Assembly (NCBI GenBank): GCA_963822075.1
Contig: CAWGGP010000001.1
Span: forward strand, 298,916-362,915
Direction: 5' to 3'
DNA length: 64,000 nt
From: Candidatus Aminicenantes bacterium
Lineage (GTDB): Bacteria; Acidobacteriota; Aminicenantia; UBA2199
Made by a program: the position numbers and the translations under genes. Shown here piece by piece: positions 1 to 8,526 of this stretch (position 1 is its first letter; every line of letters begins with the position of its first letter). Under the pieces are notes generated by a model, which had not been told where the DNA came from, did no database searches, and saw nothing but the letters and a program-made list of their open reading frames with translations.

Positions 1-166
1 GGCCGCTTTTCTTGAGGAACGGCGGCACCTTGTCCTCCACCGTGGCGGTGGCGACCACCCGGGTGTGGCCCTGTTCGCAGAGCACCGAGCCCGGGACGTT
101 GCGCACGTAGCCGGGAATGAAAACGATGGGGCGCAGTTCGGCGGCGGGGCGGTCATTGGCTCTCAT
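1..166 (-). CDS. rph: Ribonuclease PH, N-terminal part (runs off window start)
   Basis: Manual translation MRANDRPAAELRPIVFIPGYVRNVPGSVLCEQGHTRVVATATVEDKVPPFLKKSG matches the RNase PH N-terminus; absent from the ORF track. Confidence 0.9.
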   Translation of the reverse strand, partial: MRANDRPAAELRPIVFIPGYVRNVPGSVLCEQGHTRVVATATVEDKVPPFLKKSG

Positions 167-1076
167 TTCGCTCTCCTTGCGGCCTGGTTTTCCAGCGGTC
201 GTGGAACCAGAACCACTGCTCGGGAAATTTCCTGACCTGGGCCTCGATCAGCCAGGTCAGCTGCTGGGTCAGTTCGGTCAGGGCGGCGGCGGGATCGCCC
301 CCGGGCGCGTAGGCGATCTCGGGCAGGACGTCGAGGACGATCGCCTCCCCCTCGTAGTGCAGGAAAACCGGCACCACCGGGACGCCTTTCTTCAGGTACA
401 GCTGCGAGACGGTGGTGATGGCCGACGCCTTGCTGGCGAAAAAATCGACGAATACCCCCTCGCGGGGCACGGTGTTCTGGTCGATCAGCAGGTAGACCAG
501 CTCGTTGGCGGCGAGGCGCTTGAGGATGGTGCGCAAGGAACCCCGCTTGTAGATCACCCGCGAGCCCATGGCCTCGCGGAAGGCGCGCACCTTGTTTTCG
601 ATCAGGGGGTTGTCCATGGGCCGGGCGATGCTGTGCACGTCCCTGCCCAGCCGGTCGCGCAGGATCAGCGGGATCCATTCCCAGTTGCCGAAGTGGGCCG
701 AAAAAACGATCACGCCCCGCTTCTTTTCCAGGGCGCGCTCCAGGATGTCCAGGCCGTTGACCCGGGTCCGGGCCAGGATGGCCCCCGGGTTGCCGCGGGC
801 GAAGGTGCGGGCGATCTCGATGAACATACGCCCGAAGTGGCCGTAGATGCCCCGCTTCAGGCTCTCCCGCCGCGGCGCGGGAGCATCGGGGAACGCCAGC
901 GCCAGGTTACGCGCGATCAGCCGGGCATGCCGGGGACTGCCTTTTTTTAAAAAAAAAATAAGCGCTCCCCTTTCCAGGTCCAGAAGCCGCGGCGGCGAAT
1001 ATTTGATCAGGGAGATCAGGCCGGCAAAAAGCGCGTATTCCAGGCGGCGTTTAAAGGAAACCTTTTGCTGCTGCAT
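153..1076 (-). CDS. lpxL: Lipid A late acyltransferase (HtrB/LpxL family)
   Basis: HFGNWE motif, LIDQ, VDFF, PEQWFWFHDRWK; in operon with lpxK and waaA. Confidence 0.88.
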   Translation of the reverse strand: MQQQKVSFKRRLEYALFAGLISLIKYSPPRLLDLERGALIFFLKKGSPRHARLIARNLALAFPDAPAPRRESLKRGIYGHFGRMFIEIARTFARGNPGAILARTRVNGLDILERALEKKRGVIVFSAHFGNWEWIPLILRDRLGRDVHSIARPMDNPLIENKVRAFREAMGSRVIYKRGSLRTILKRLAANELVYLLIDQNTVPREGVFVDFFASKASAITTVSQLYLKKGVPVVPVFLHYEGEAIVLDVLPEIAYAPGGDPAAALTELTQQLTWLIEAQVRKFPEQWFWFHDRWKTRPQGERNESQ

Positions 1077-2025
1077 GCGTGATGATCCGCTCGATGGCGT
1101 CTCCCGGCAATCTTATCTCATTTCGGGCGTATAATAAAGGGAGCCCCGCCGGGAGGATCGTTTTTATCTTGCCGAAGTCCTTCTCGGTGCAGACCATCCA
1201 GGCCGCGCCCTTCTCCCGGCGCAATTTTTCCAGGGCCGCCAGGTCGGCCGGCACGAAGGCGTGGTGGTCGGGGAAGGGGCGGAACGCGGCCAGCCGGTAG
1301 CGCCCCATGTCGGCGGCGAAGCGCTCGTTGTCGCCCAGGGCCGAGAAAGCGATGATCGCGTCGCTGCCGATCTCCCGCCCGCCGCCGCCGGGGTCCAGGA
1401 ATCCGGCGATGGCGAAATCGTAGCTGTCCGCCGCTTCCGCCCCGGTCGCAGCGCCGGCGGGACGATAGGTCAGCACGCGGTCGGCGCGGCGGGCCAGGAA
1501 GCGGAAGTGGCGCAGGTAGAAATAGGGATGCCGCGGGTTGACCAGCATGACGCTGAAATCCTTTTGGATATGGCTGGATTGGAAGCCGTCGTCCAGGATC
1601 AGGATGCGGTCGCCGCGGGCGGCGGCGGCGGCGATGGAGCGCAGGCGGTCGCGGCCGATGAACACGTCCTGGCCGGGGAAACACGCCTTCAGCAGCAGCG
1701 GTTCGTCGCCCACTTCCTCGGGGATATGGCAGGCTTCGACGCGCATGCCTTTTTTTTCGCCGCGCGAGCGGTAGCCGCGGCTGATGACGGCGAAGCGGGC
1801 GCCCCGCGCCTCCAGGGCCCTGCCGATGGCCATGACCAGCGGGGTCTTGCCGGCGCCGCCGAACGACAGGCCGTCCACCGAGATGATGAACAGGCCGGGA
1901 AACGAGCGCGCGTTCCACTCCCTGATCTTTAAATTGACCAGGGCGACCGCCTTGAACGGCAGCGAGAGCAGGTTCAAAAAAGGCCGGCTCAGGCGAGATA
2001 GCGCTGAATCTGTTCCAAGCTGCAT
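1051..2025 (-). CDS. lpxK: Tetraacyldisaccharide 4'-kinase
   Basis: GGAGKTP, SRGY, GDEPLLL, LDDGFQ, FPDHH and TEKD motifs. Confidence 0.93.
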   Translation of the reverse strand: MQLGTDSALSRLSRPFLNLLSLPFKAVALVNLKIREWNARSFPGLFIISVDGLSFGGAGKTPLVMAIGRALEARGARFAVISRGYRSRGEKKGMRVEACHIPEEVGDEPLLLKACFPGQDVFIGRDRLRSIAAAAARGDRILILDDGFQSSHIQKDFSVMLVNPRHPYFYLRHFRFLARRADRVLTYRPAGAATGAEAADSYDFAIAGFLDPGGGGREIGSDAIIAFSALGDNERFAADMGRYRLAAFRPFPDHHAFVPADLAALEKLRREKGAAWMVCTEKDFGKIKTILPAGLPLLYARNEIRLPGDAIERIITHAAAKGFL

Positions 2026-3236
2026 GCCAGGGATCCTTTCCTGTCGTCGACCGCCTTGCGGGCCAGGGCCTTCAACCGTTCCCGGTCGAGGCCGGGGACC
2101 GCGGCGAGATACCGCCGCCAGTCTTCACTGCCGCCCAGCAGATGGTAGGCCCCGCTGGCGACCAGTTCACGGCCGATGTCGGGGAAATTGTTGTAGCAGG
2201 GCCCGCCCACGAGCGCTTTGCCCAGGACGGCGGGCTCGTAGAGGTTGTGGCCGCCGGTGCGGGGATCGAAGCTGCCGCCCATGAACACGATGTCGGCGAC
2301 GCTCATGATCGGGAACAAGTAGCCCATGCGGTCGTAGATCATGACCTGGGCCCCGGCAGCCGTGCTCTCCGGCCGGCTGAACAGGGAGTGCCTGATGCCC
2401 GAAGACCTCAGCTGCGCGGCGATCGCCGGCGCGCGCTGCACGTGGCGGGGGACGATGATGAAAAAAAAGTCGCGGCTGTGCTCGGGGATGGCCGGGATGA
2501 AGACCTTCTCGTCAGGGGCATGGCTGCTGGCCAGGACCACGACCTTCCGGGCCGGCGAGGGCAAGCGCAAGTGGGCGAGGATCTCTTGCGGCCGCGGTAA
2601 ATCCCGCAGGGAGCTGGCGGCCTCGTCGGCCTTGATGTTGCCGCAGACCGTGATCTTTTCGGCCGGGATGCGCAATTGCAGGAAGCGCCGCCGGTAGAGT
2701 TCGTTTTGCACCAGGTAGCCGTCGAGGCGGCGGAAAAACGGCCTCAGGATGAGGCCGAATACGCGGTAGCGGCGGAAGGCGGCGTCCGAGACGCGGCCGT
2801 TGATCAGCAGCATGGGGACGCGGCGGCGGTGCAGCAGCGTGATCCAGTTGGGCCAGATCTCCAGCTCGTTGAAGATGACCAGCCGCGGGCGGATGCGGTC
2901 GATGAAGCGCCTGACCACGAAGGAAAAATCGAGCGGCGCGTGCAGCACCGGTATGCCGGGGTATTCCCTGCCCGCCAGCGCGAACCCCGCCGGCGTGGTC
3001 ACCGACAGGACGACCGCGACCTTTTTTTCGCGCAAGGCAAGGATCAGGGACCTCAGGCTGCGCACTTCGCCGACCGACACGGCATGGATCCATACGCTTT
3101 CGCCGGGGAGGGCGTCCAGTTGCGGCCGCAGCCGGCTCTTCAGCAAGCGGCGATAGGTGTTTTTAAAGACATATTTGAGCCAGAAAGGGAGGAACAGGAG
3201 GAGAAGCAGGGCGTAGAGGAGATCCAGAATGAGCAT
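1989..3236 (-). CDS. waaA: Kdo transferase
   Basis: WIHAVSVGE, ELEIWPN, GNIKAD, IVPRH and GGHNLYEPA motifs. Confidence 0.95.
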   Translation of the reverse strand: MLILDLLYALLLLLFLPFWLKYVFKNTYRRLLKSRLRPQLDALPGESVWIHAVSVGEVRSLRSLILALREKKVAVVLSVTTPAGFALAGREYPGIPVLHAPLDFSFVVRRFIDRIRPRLVIFNELEIWPNWITLLHRRRVPMLLINGRVSDAAFRRYRVFGLILRPFFRRLDGYLVQNELYRRRFLQLRIPAEKITVCGNIKADEAASSLRDLPRPQEILAHLRLPSPARKVVVLASSHAPDEKVFIPAIPEHSRDFFFIIVPRHVQRAPAIAAQLRSSGIRHSLFSRPESTAAGAQVMIYDRMGYLFPIMSVADIVFMGGSFDPRTGGHNLYEPAVLGKALVGGPCYNNFPDIGRELVASGAYHLLGGSEDWRRYLAAVPGLDRERLKALARKAVDDRKGSLACSLEQIQRYLA

Positions 3237-3241
3237 ATGTC

Positions 3242-3250
3242 ATTATAGCA
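3242..3250 (-). promoter_or_regulatory. Extended -10 promoter (TGcTATAAT) 5 nt upstream of the waaA ATG; leaderless architecture
   Basis: Minus strand reads TATGC-TATAAT-GACAT-ATG with no Shine-Dalgarno. Confidence 0.6.
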
Positions 3251-3337
3251 TAGCCCCGGTCCGGAGTCATCGCCGGCGGCAGGCCGGGGCGAGGCCCGTG
3301 GGCCGGAAAGACTGGGCCTGCCGGGGGGATACGCCCG

Positions 3338-3366
3338 TTGACTTGGCATAGGCCGTCACGTACAAT
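3338..3366 (+). promoter_or_regulatory. Sigma70 promoter of glmU (leaderless)
   Basis: TTGACT-N17-TACAAT, then 6 nt, then ATG at 3373. Confidence 0.7.
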
Positions 3367-3372
3367 GCGCCC

Positions 3373-4335
3373 ATGGCAGACAACATCAAGGCCGTGGTCC
3401 TGGCCGCCGGCCGGTCCACGCGCATGAAATCGGAGCGCTCCAAGGTCCTGCACCGCATCCTGGGCAGGGAGATCATCCTCTACCTCCTGGACAGCCTGCG
3501 CGAGTGCGGCATCGCTGAAGAAGACATCGTCGTGGTGGCCGGCGAAAACCGGGGCGAGATCGAAAAAGCCGTCGGCCCCCGGCTGCGCTTCGCCCTGCAG
3601 CGGGAGCAGCTGGGCACGGCCCACGCCCTGTTGAGCGCCGCGGATCAGGTCTCGGAGCACGCGGGCGGCCTGCTGGTGCTGGTCGGGGACAACCCGTACG
3701 TCAGCGCCGGCGAATTGCGCAAGCTGATCGACCGCCAGCGCCAAAGCCGGGCCAGTTGCACGTTCATCAGCGCGGTTTTTCCCGGTCCGCCCCCGGCTTA
3801 CGGCCGGGTGTTGCGCGATGCCCGGGGGGAGGTGCAGGGCATCGTCGAGGAAAAGGACGCCTCCCTCGAGCAACGGCTCATCCGCGAGGTGAACGCCGCG
3901 ATCTATCTTTTCGACAACCGGGCCGTTTTCCCCCTGCTGGCCGGGATCGGCAACGACAATGCCAAAAAAGAATATTATCTCACCGACATCATCGCCATCC
4001 TGCGCCGGGAGGGGCTGAAGGTGGAAGCGGTCCAGGCCGACGACTGCGACATCGCCATCGGCATCAACGACCGCCGCGACCTGCAGGCGGCGCAGAAAAA
4101 ATTCAACGCCCGGATCCAGGAGCGGCTGATGCTCCAGGGCGGGGTGACCATCCTGCAGGCCGAGACCGTGACCATCGAGCATGACGTGGAGATCGGCCGC
4201 GACACGGTCATCTATCCCTGCACCTACCTCGGCGCCGGAACGCGCATCGGCAAAAACTGCGAGATCGGCCCGTTCGCCTACCTGGATAACGCCCGCGTCA
4301 AAGACGGCGAAACGATCCGCTTCGCCAAAAAGTAG
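3373..4335 (+). CDS. glmU: GlmU-like GlcNAc-1-P uridyltransferase with a shortened left-handed beta-helix
   Basis: LAAGRSTRMKS, QLGTAHA, YGRV, EEKDA, NAKKEYYLTD and GIND motifs; only a few hexapeptide turns; 320 aa. Confidence 0.85.
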   Translation: MADNIKAVVLAAGRSTRMKSERSKVLHRILGREIILYLLDSLRECGIAEEDIVVVAGENRGEIEKAVGPRLRFALQREQLGTAHALLSAADQVSEHAGGLLVLVGDNPYVSAGELRKLIDRQRQSRASCTFISAVFPGPPPAYGRVLRDARGEVQGIVEEKDASLEQRLIREVNAAIYLFDNRAVFPLLAGIGNDNAKKEYYLTDIIAILRREGLKVEAVQADDCDIAIGINDRRDLQAAQKKFNARIQERLMLQGGVTILQAETVTIEHDVEIGRDTVIYPCTYLGAGTRIGKNCEIGPFAYLDNARVKDGETIRFAKK

Positions 4336-4400
4336 GCGGGCGACCGGTTTTTCGCGTAATAAGCCGACGTCCGCGCCCGCGGGGAGAAATTTTCCCGGCA

Positions 4401-4428
4401 TTGACATTTGATAAAATTAAATTATAAT
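4401..4428 (+). promoter_or_regulatory. Consensus sigma70 promoter upstream of hfq
   Basis: TTGACA-N16-TATAAT; AGGAG SD before the ATG at 4455. Confidence 0.8.
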
Positions 4429-4454
4429 GGAATCAACCCTGTACAGGAGATCCC

Positions 4455-4781
4455 ATGATCAGAAAGCTTATAAAACCGAACCTCAGAGAGATAAAACAGA
4501 AATCGAACCAGGAAAACAGGAGAAAGCCCCCGCCGCCCTACAAGACCCACGCCGAGAATTATTATTACATCAAGCAGATGAACAACCGCACGCAGCTGGT
4601 CATGGAGCTGGTCGGCGGCGAGATCCTCAAGGGGCTGCTCGACTGGTACGATGAAAAATGCCTGAAGGTCAAGAAACTGGACGGCGGCACCTTGATCGTT
4701 TTCAAATCCCAGATCAAGTACATTTACAAGAATCCCGACTTTGCCGAACCCAAGCACGAAGAAGCCGTCCCCAGCGAATAA
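4455..4781 (+). CDS. hfq: Hfq/Sm-like RNA chaperone, divergent
   Basis: Sm-fold pattern: helix ENYYYIKQM, LVGGEILKGLLDWYD, LIVFKSQIKYI. Confidence 0.7.
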   Translation: MIRKLIKPNLREIKQKSNQENRRKPPPPYKTHAENYYYIKQMNNRTQLVMELVGGEILKGLLDWYDEKCLKVKKLDGGTLIVFKSQIKYIYKNPDFAEPKHEEAVPSE

Positions 4782-5685
4782 GGTCATCGCCGTCACCCTG
4801 GGCGACCCGCAGGGGATCGGTCCCGAGGTCGTCGCCAAGAGCGTCGCCGCCTATTCCCCGGTCGGCTCGCTGGTGATCGTCGGCGCCCGCCGCCATTTCC
4901 CGCTTGCGCGCATCCCGGTCATCAGCGACATCCGCCAGTCCCGCCCCGGGGAAACGGTTTTATTGGAGGTGGACGGCGCCACCGGCGCGGCGGACCCCTC
5001 GTTTACCTGGGTGAAGGCGGCCGTGGAGATGGCCATGCGCGGGGAGGTGCAGGCGGTGGTCACGGCCCCGGTCAGCAAGGACAAATGGCTGGCCAGCGGC
5101 CTGCCCTTCCGCGGCCATACCGACTACTTTGCCACGCTGGCTCCCGCCGCGGCGCCGGCCATGTTCTTCTGGTCGCCGGGGCTGAAGGTGGCCTTGTTCA
5201 CCCATCATATCCCCCTGCGCGAGGTCTTCGCCCGGCTGGACGCCGGGAAGATCGCGGCGTTCATCCGCCTGGTCGACGGGGAATTGCGGCGGCTGTTCGC
5301 CAGGGAATTCACCTATCTGCTCTCGGGATTGAACCCCCATGCCGGCGAGAACGGCCACCTGGGGAACGAGGAGATCGATGTGCTCGGGCCGGCCATGAAC
5401 GACCTGCGGGGCGAGGTGCCCGTCACCGGGATCTATCCGCCCGACGTGGTTTTCGTCAAGGCCAGGGCCATGAAGAACGCGGTGGTCATCGCCTTGACCC
5501 ACGACCACGGGCTGATCCCCTTCAAGCTGCTTCAGGCGGGGGACGGGGTGCAGCTCACCCTCGGGCTGCCCTTCTTGCGCACCTCCCCGGTGCACGGGAC
5601 CGCCTATGACATCGCCGGCCGGGGGATCGCCGATCCCGCCAGCATGCTGGCGGCCATCCGCCTGGCCGAGTTCCTGCCGCGCTAG
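4741..5685 (+). CDS. pdxA: 4-hydroxythreonine-4-phosphate dehydrogenase PdxA family
   Basis: TLGDPQGIGPE, TAPVSK, GHT, GLNPHAGE, TLGLPFLRTSPVHGTAYDIAG. Confidence 0.9.
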   Translation: MPNPSTKKPSPANKVIAVTLGDPQGIGPEVVAKSVAAYSPVGSLVIVGARRHFPLARIPVISDIRQSRPGETVLLEVDGATGAADPSFTWVKAAVEMAMRGEVQAVVTAPVSKDKWLASGLPFRGHTDYFATLAPAAAPAMFFWSPGLKVALFTHHIPLREVFARLDAGKIAAFIRLVDGELRRLFAREFTYLLSGLNPHAGENGHLGNEEIDVLGPAMNDLRGEVPVTGIYPPDVVFVKARAMKNAVVIALTHDHGLIPFKLLQAGDGVQLTLGLPFLRTSPVHGTAYDIAGRGIADPASMLAAIRLAEFLPR

Positions 5686-7441
5686 CGGTCGGGCTCGTCG
5701 CCGGCCGCCGCTTTCCCGGCCTCGCTTTTCAATTTTTCATTGATCCGGTCGAGCTCTTCCTGGATCTTTTTCAATTCCGCGGCATATTTTTTTTGGGCGG
5801 CCGCGGCCAGCTTGTCCTTTTCCGCCTGCAGCTTCTTCAGCTCCGCGGCCATTTTTTTGCTCTGATCCTGCAGTTTCAGCAGGGATTGCTCTTTTTGCCT
5901 TTGCAGCCCGGCCTGGGCTTTTTCCCTGGACATCTGCATTTTCCGCAGCTCGTCCTGGTAGAACATCCGGGCCTCGTCGCTGATGTTTTCCTTCAGGTTC
6001 TCCATTTTTTCCGAGAATTTCCTGATGTCCCAGACCTTTTTTTCGATCGGATCGGGCAGCAGCGAAAATTTCCTTAAGCGGCCGTCGCGATAAAGCTCGA
6101 GCAGCACGGCTTCTTTTTCCTTCAGGCCGTTGAGGATGTCCCTGAGATCGAAGGCGCTGCGCACGGGGTTGCCCTTGGCCTTGACGATGATGTCCCCGGC
6201 TTTCAGGCCGGCCTTCTGGGCGGAGGTCCCCTCGTTGACGCGGGAGACCAGCAGGCCGTAGCCCTCCTTGACGGCGAATTTCCGGGCGAGATCGGCGGTG
6301 ATCTCCATGACGTCGATGCCCAGCTGCCGGGCGCCGCCGAACTCGATGACATAGTTGCGCACCCTGGGCAGCGCCGTTGCCAGTTCGGGCAATTCGGGCA
6401 TTTCGGCAAGCTGTTCCGCCAGCTGCGGCAGGAGCCCCTCCGGGATTTCCGGGTAATCTTCGGGGAAGGGGGGGCGGCTCCTGGCCGCGGAGCTCGCCCA
6501 GCTCCACATCCAGGCGCAGCGGCTTGCCCGGCCCGGTCGACCGTGACGCTGACCTTCTCCCTGGCGTGGCGGAATTCGAGCGCGGCGGTGATGTCGTGGA
6601 ACGAGGCGATCGCTTTGCCCGAGATCTCCTCGATCCGGTCGCCGCTGGCGATGCCGGCTTTCGCCGCCGGCGAATCCTTGATCACGTCGAGCACCTGGTT
6701 GGTATCGCTGTTGAACGTGACCCCCATCCAGCCCGGAACGACCTTGCCCGCGGTCTTCAATTGTTCGGCGATGCGCCGGACCTGCGCGACGGGGATGGCG
6801 TAGCAGAGGCTGCCGCTTTCGTTCTTCCGGCCGCTGACCACGATCGATGCCGAGGGGTCCTTGAAGGTGAAATCGGGCGATGAGGAAAAACCGATGCTGC
6901 CGCGGATGATGCCCAGCAGCTCGCCGTTTTTGTTGACCACGGCCCCGCCGGCCGACCCGGGAGCGACGGGAGCGTTGAGGATCAGCTCGTTCTCGCCAAG
7001 GCTGCTGATGATGCCCTGGAATATGGAAGGGAAGCGGTCATAGAACAGGCCGACCAGCGCCACCCAGTTGCCGACCCCGGCCTGCCGGGCCTGCGCTATC
7101 GGGCGCAGACCCTTTTTGTCGAGGCGCAGCAGGGTCAGGCCGGAACGGGGGTCCTGGCCCGCGATCCTGGCCGCGATCGTCTCGCCCTTGATGGTTTCCA
7201 CGGAGATCCGCTCGAAGGGGTGCCGGGTGACCAGCGAGGTGGTGATGACCAGCGCGTTCTCCAGGGCGATGCCCGTGGCCACGTACTTGCTGTGGTTTTC
7301 GGCGACGACCTTGACCAGCGAGGGCGAGACCCGGTCCAGGACGATGCGGATCTCGTTCTCGATAGTGTCAATTTTATCGGCCGCCGCGGCGGCCCGGGCC
7401 GCCAGGAGCATCAGCAGCGCCATGAATATCCGTTTTTTCAT
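5682..7441 (-). CDS. HtrA/DegP-like protein: signal peptide, degenerate trypsin domain, two PDZ domains, C-terminal coiled coil; split by apparent indels near 6470-6530
   Basis: ORFs 6203..7441 and 5682..6509 join through a short middle frame; PDZ motifs SPAAKAGIASGDRI and SAQKAGLKAGDII. Confidence 0.8.
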
Positions 7442-7449
7442 TTTTCCTC

Positions 7450-7798
7450 CTAGATTTGGTTGGGGGCCGCGGTCGGGAGGGCGGTTTTGCCCCGGTAGGC
7501 GACCGGTTCGAGGGAGTAGCGCGTGCCGCTATCCGAGGCGGAGAAGAAAAGGTCTTCGCTCAAGGGGATCTCCTGCTTGACGGCGACGCCGCCGGGAAGC
7601 TGCGACCGCCCCGGGAAGGGGCGGAACAATTGGAAGAGCGACAGCAGCATGACCACGCCGGCGACGGCGAGGGCCGCGAAGCCGACCTTTCTTTGCTGTT
7701 TTTTCCTCTTGATCTTGGCGAATACCCGGGCTTCAAAATCGCCGGCCCAGTTCACCGGGACCACCGTTATGCTCTAAAATTTCCTGCCAATCAGACAT
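7450..7798 (-). CDS. Small single-pass membrane protein, probable anti-sigma factor (indel near the N-terminus)
   Basis: ATG at 7798 overlaps the sigma stop; MSDWQEILEH... shifts into DFEARVFAKIKRKK followed by a TM helix. Confidence 0.6.
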
Positions 7799-8325
7799 GG
7801 GACGCTCCTTTGGGGGCGAGGCAGTGCTTTTTCAAATGGTCCTTGCCCCGGAAAACCAGTGATTTGACCGTACCGACCGGCTTGTTCAGCACCCGGGCGA
7901 TCTCTTCAAAGGTAAAATTGTCCATTTCCTTCATGACCAGCGGCACGCGCCATTTTTCGGGGACCAGGGCCAGCAGCTGCTCCGCCAGCAGCTTGCCTTC
8001 GACGTCGGGGTTATAGGAAACCTGGCTTTCGTTGAGTTCGGAGAGCGAAAATATTTTCTCTGAGCTTTGTCCTGCGGAATTCGCTGCGGGCCAGGTTGGT
8101 GGCGATGGAGTAGATCCAGGCCTTGCACGCCTGCGGCTGGTCGGTCTTCAGGGTGCCGGCCTTGAAATAGACCTTGACGAACGTGTCCTGGGTCAGTTCT
8201 TCGGCCAATTGCCGGTTGCCCAGCAGCATGCTGAGGTAATTGTATATCGGTTTTTTGTACATGCCCATCACTTCTTTGAACGCGGCTTCATTTCCGTCCT
8301 TGAGCTTGGCAATCAGGTCATTCAT
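7791..8325 (-). CDS. ECF sigma factor (frameshift near 8050)
   Basis: Region 2 AEELTQDTFVKVY...WIYSIATN; region 4 in the second frame FTFEEIARVLNKPVGTVKSLVFRGK; stop at 7791. Confidence 0.88.
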
Positions 8326-8337
8326 GACTACCCTTTA

Positions 8338-8365
8338 AGATGCTCATGGCGCTGAAAAAGTTGCA
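8338..8365 (-). promoter_or_regulatory. Candidate ECF autoregulatory promoter
   Basis: TGCAAC-N17-CATCT just upstream of the sigma ATG, an AAC / C(G/A)TC-type ECF pattern. Confidence 0.5.
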
Positions 8366-8526
8366 GTCCAGGCCATAATGGCGGTCGATCCCGGAGAAAA
8401 ACGGGGAAATGTCGCTGCAAACCCTTTCCATCTCCCCTCCAGACGGAGAGATAGGTAATGAGAGAGAGATGAAATAATTATAATACAACTTTTTCAAAAA
8501 TCAACTTTTTGAATCCCGTCCGGGCC

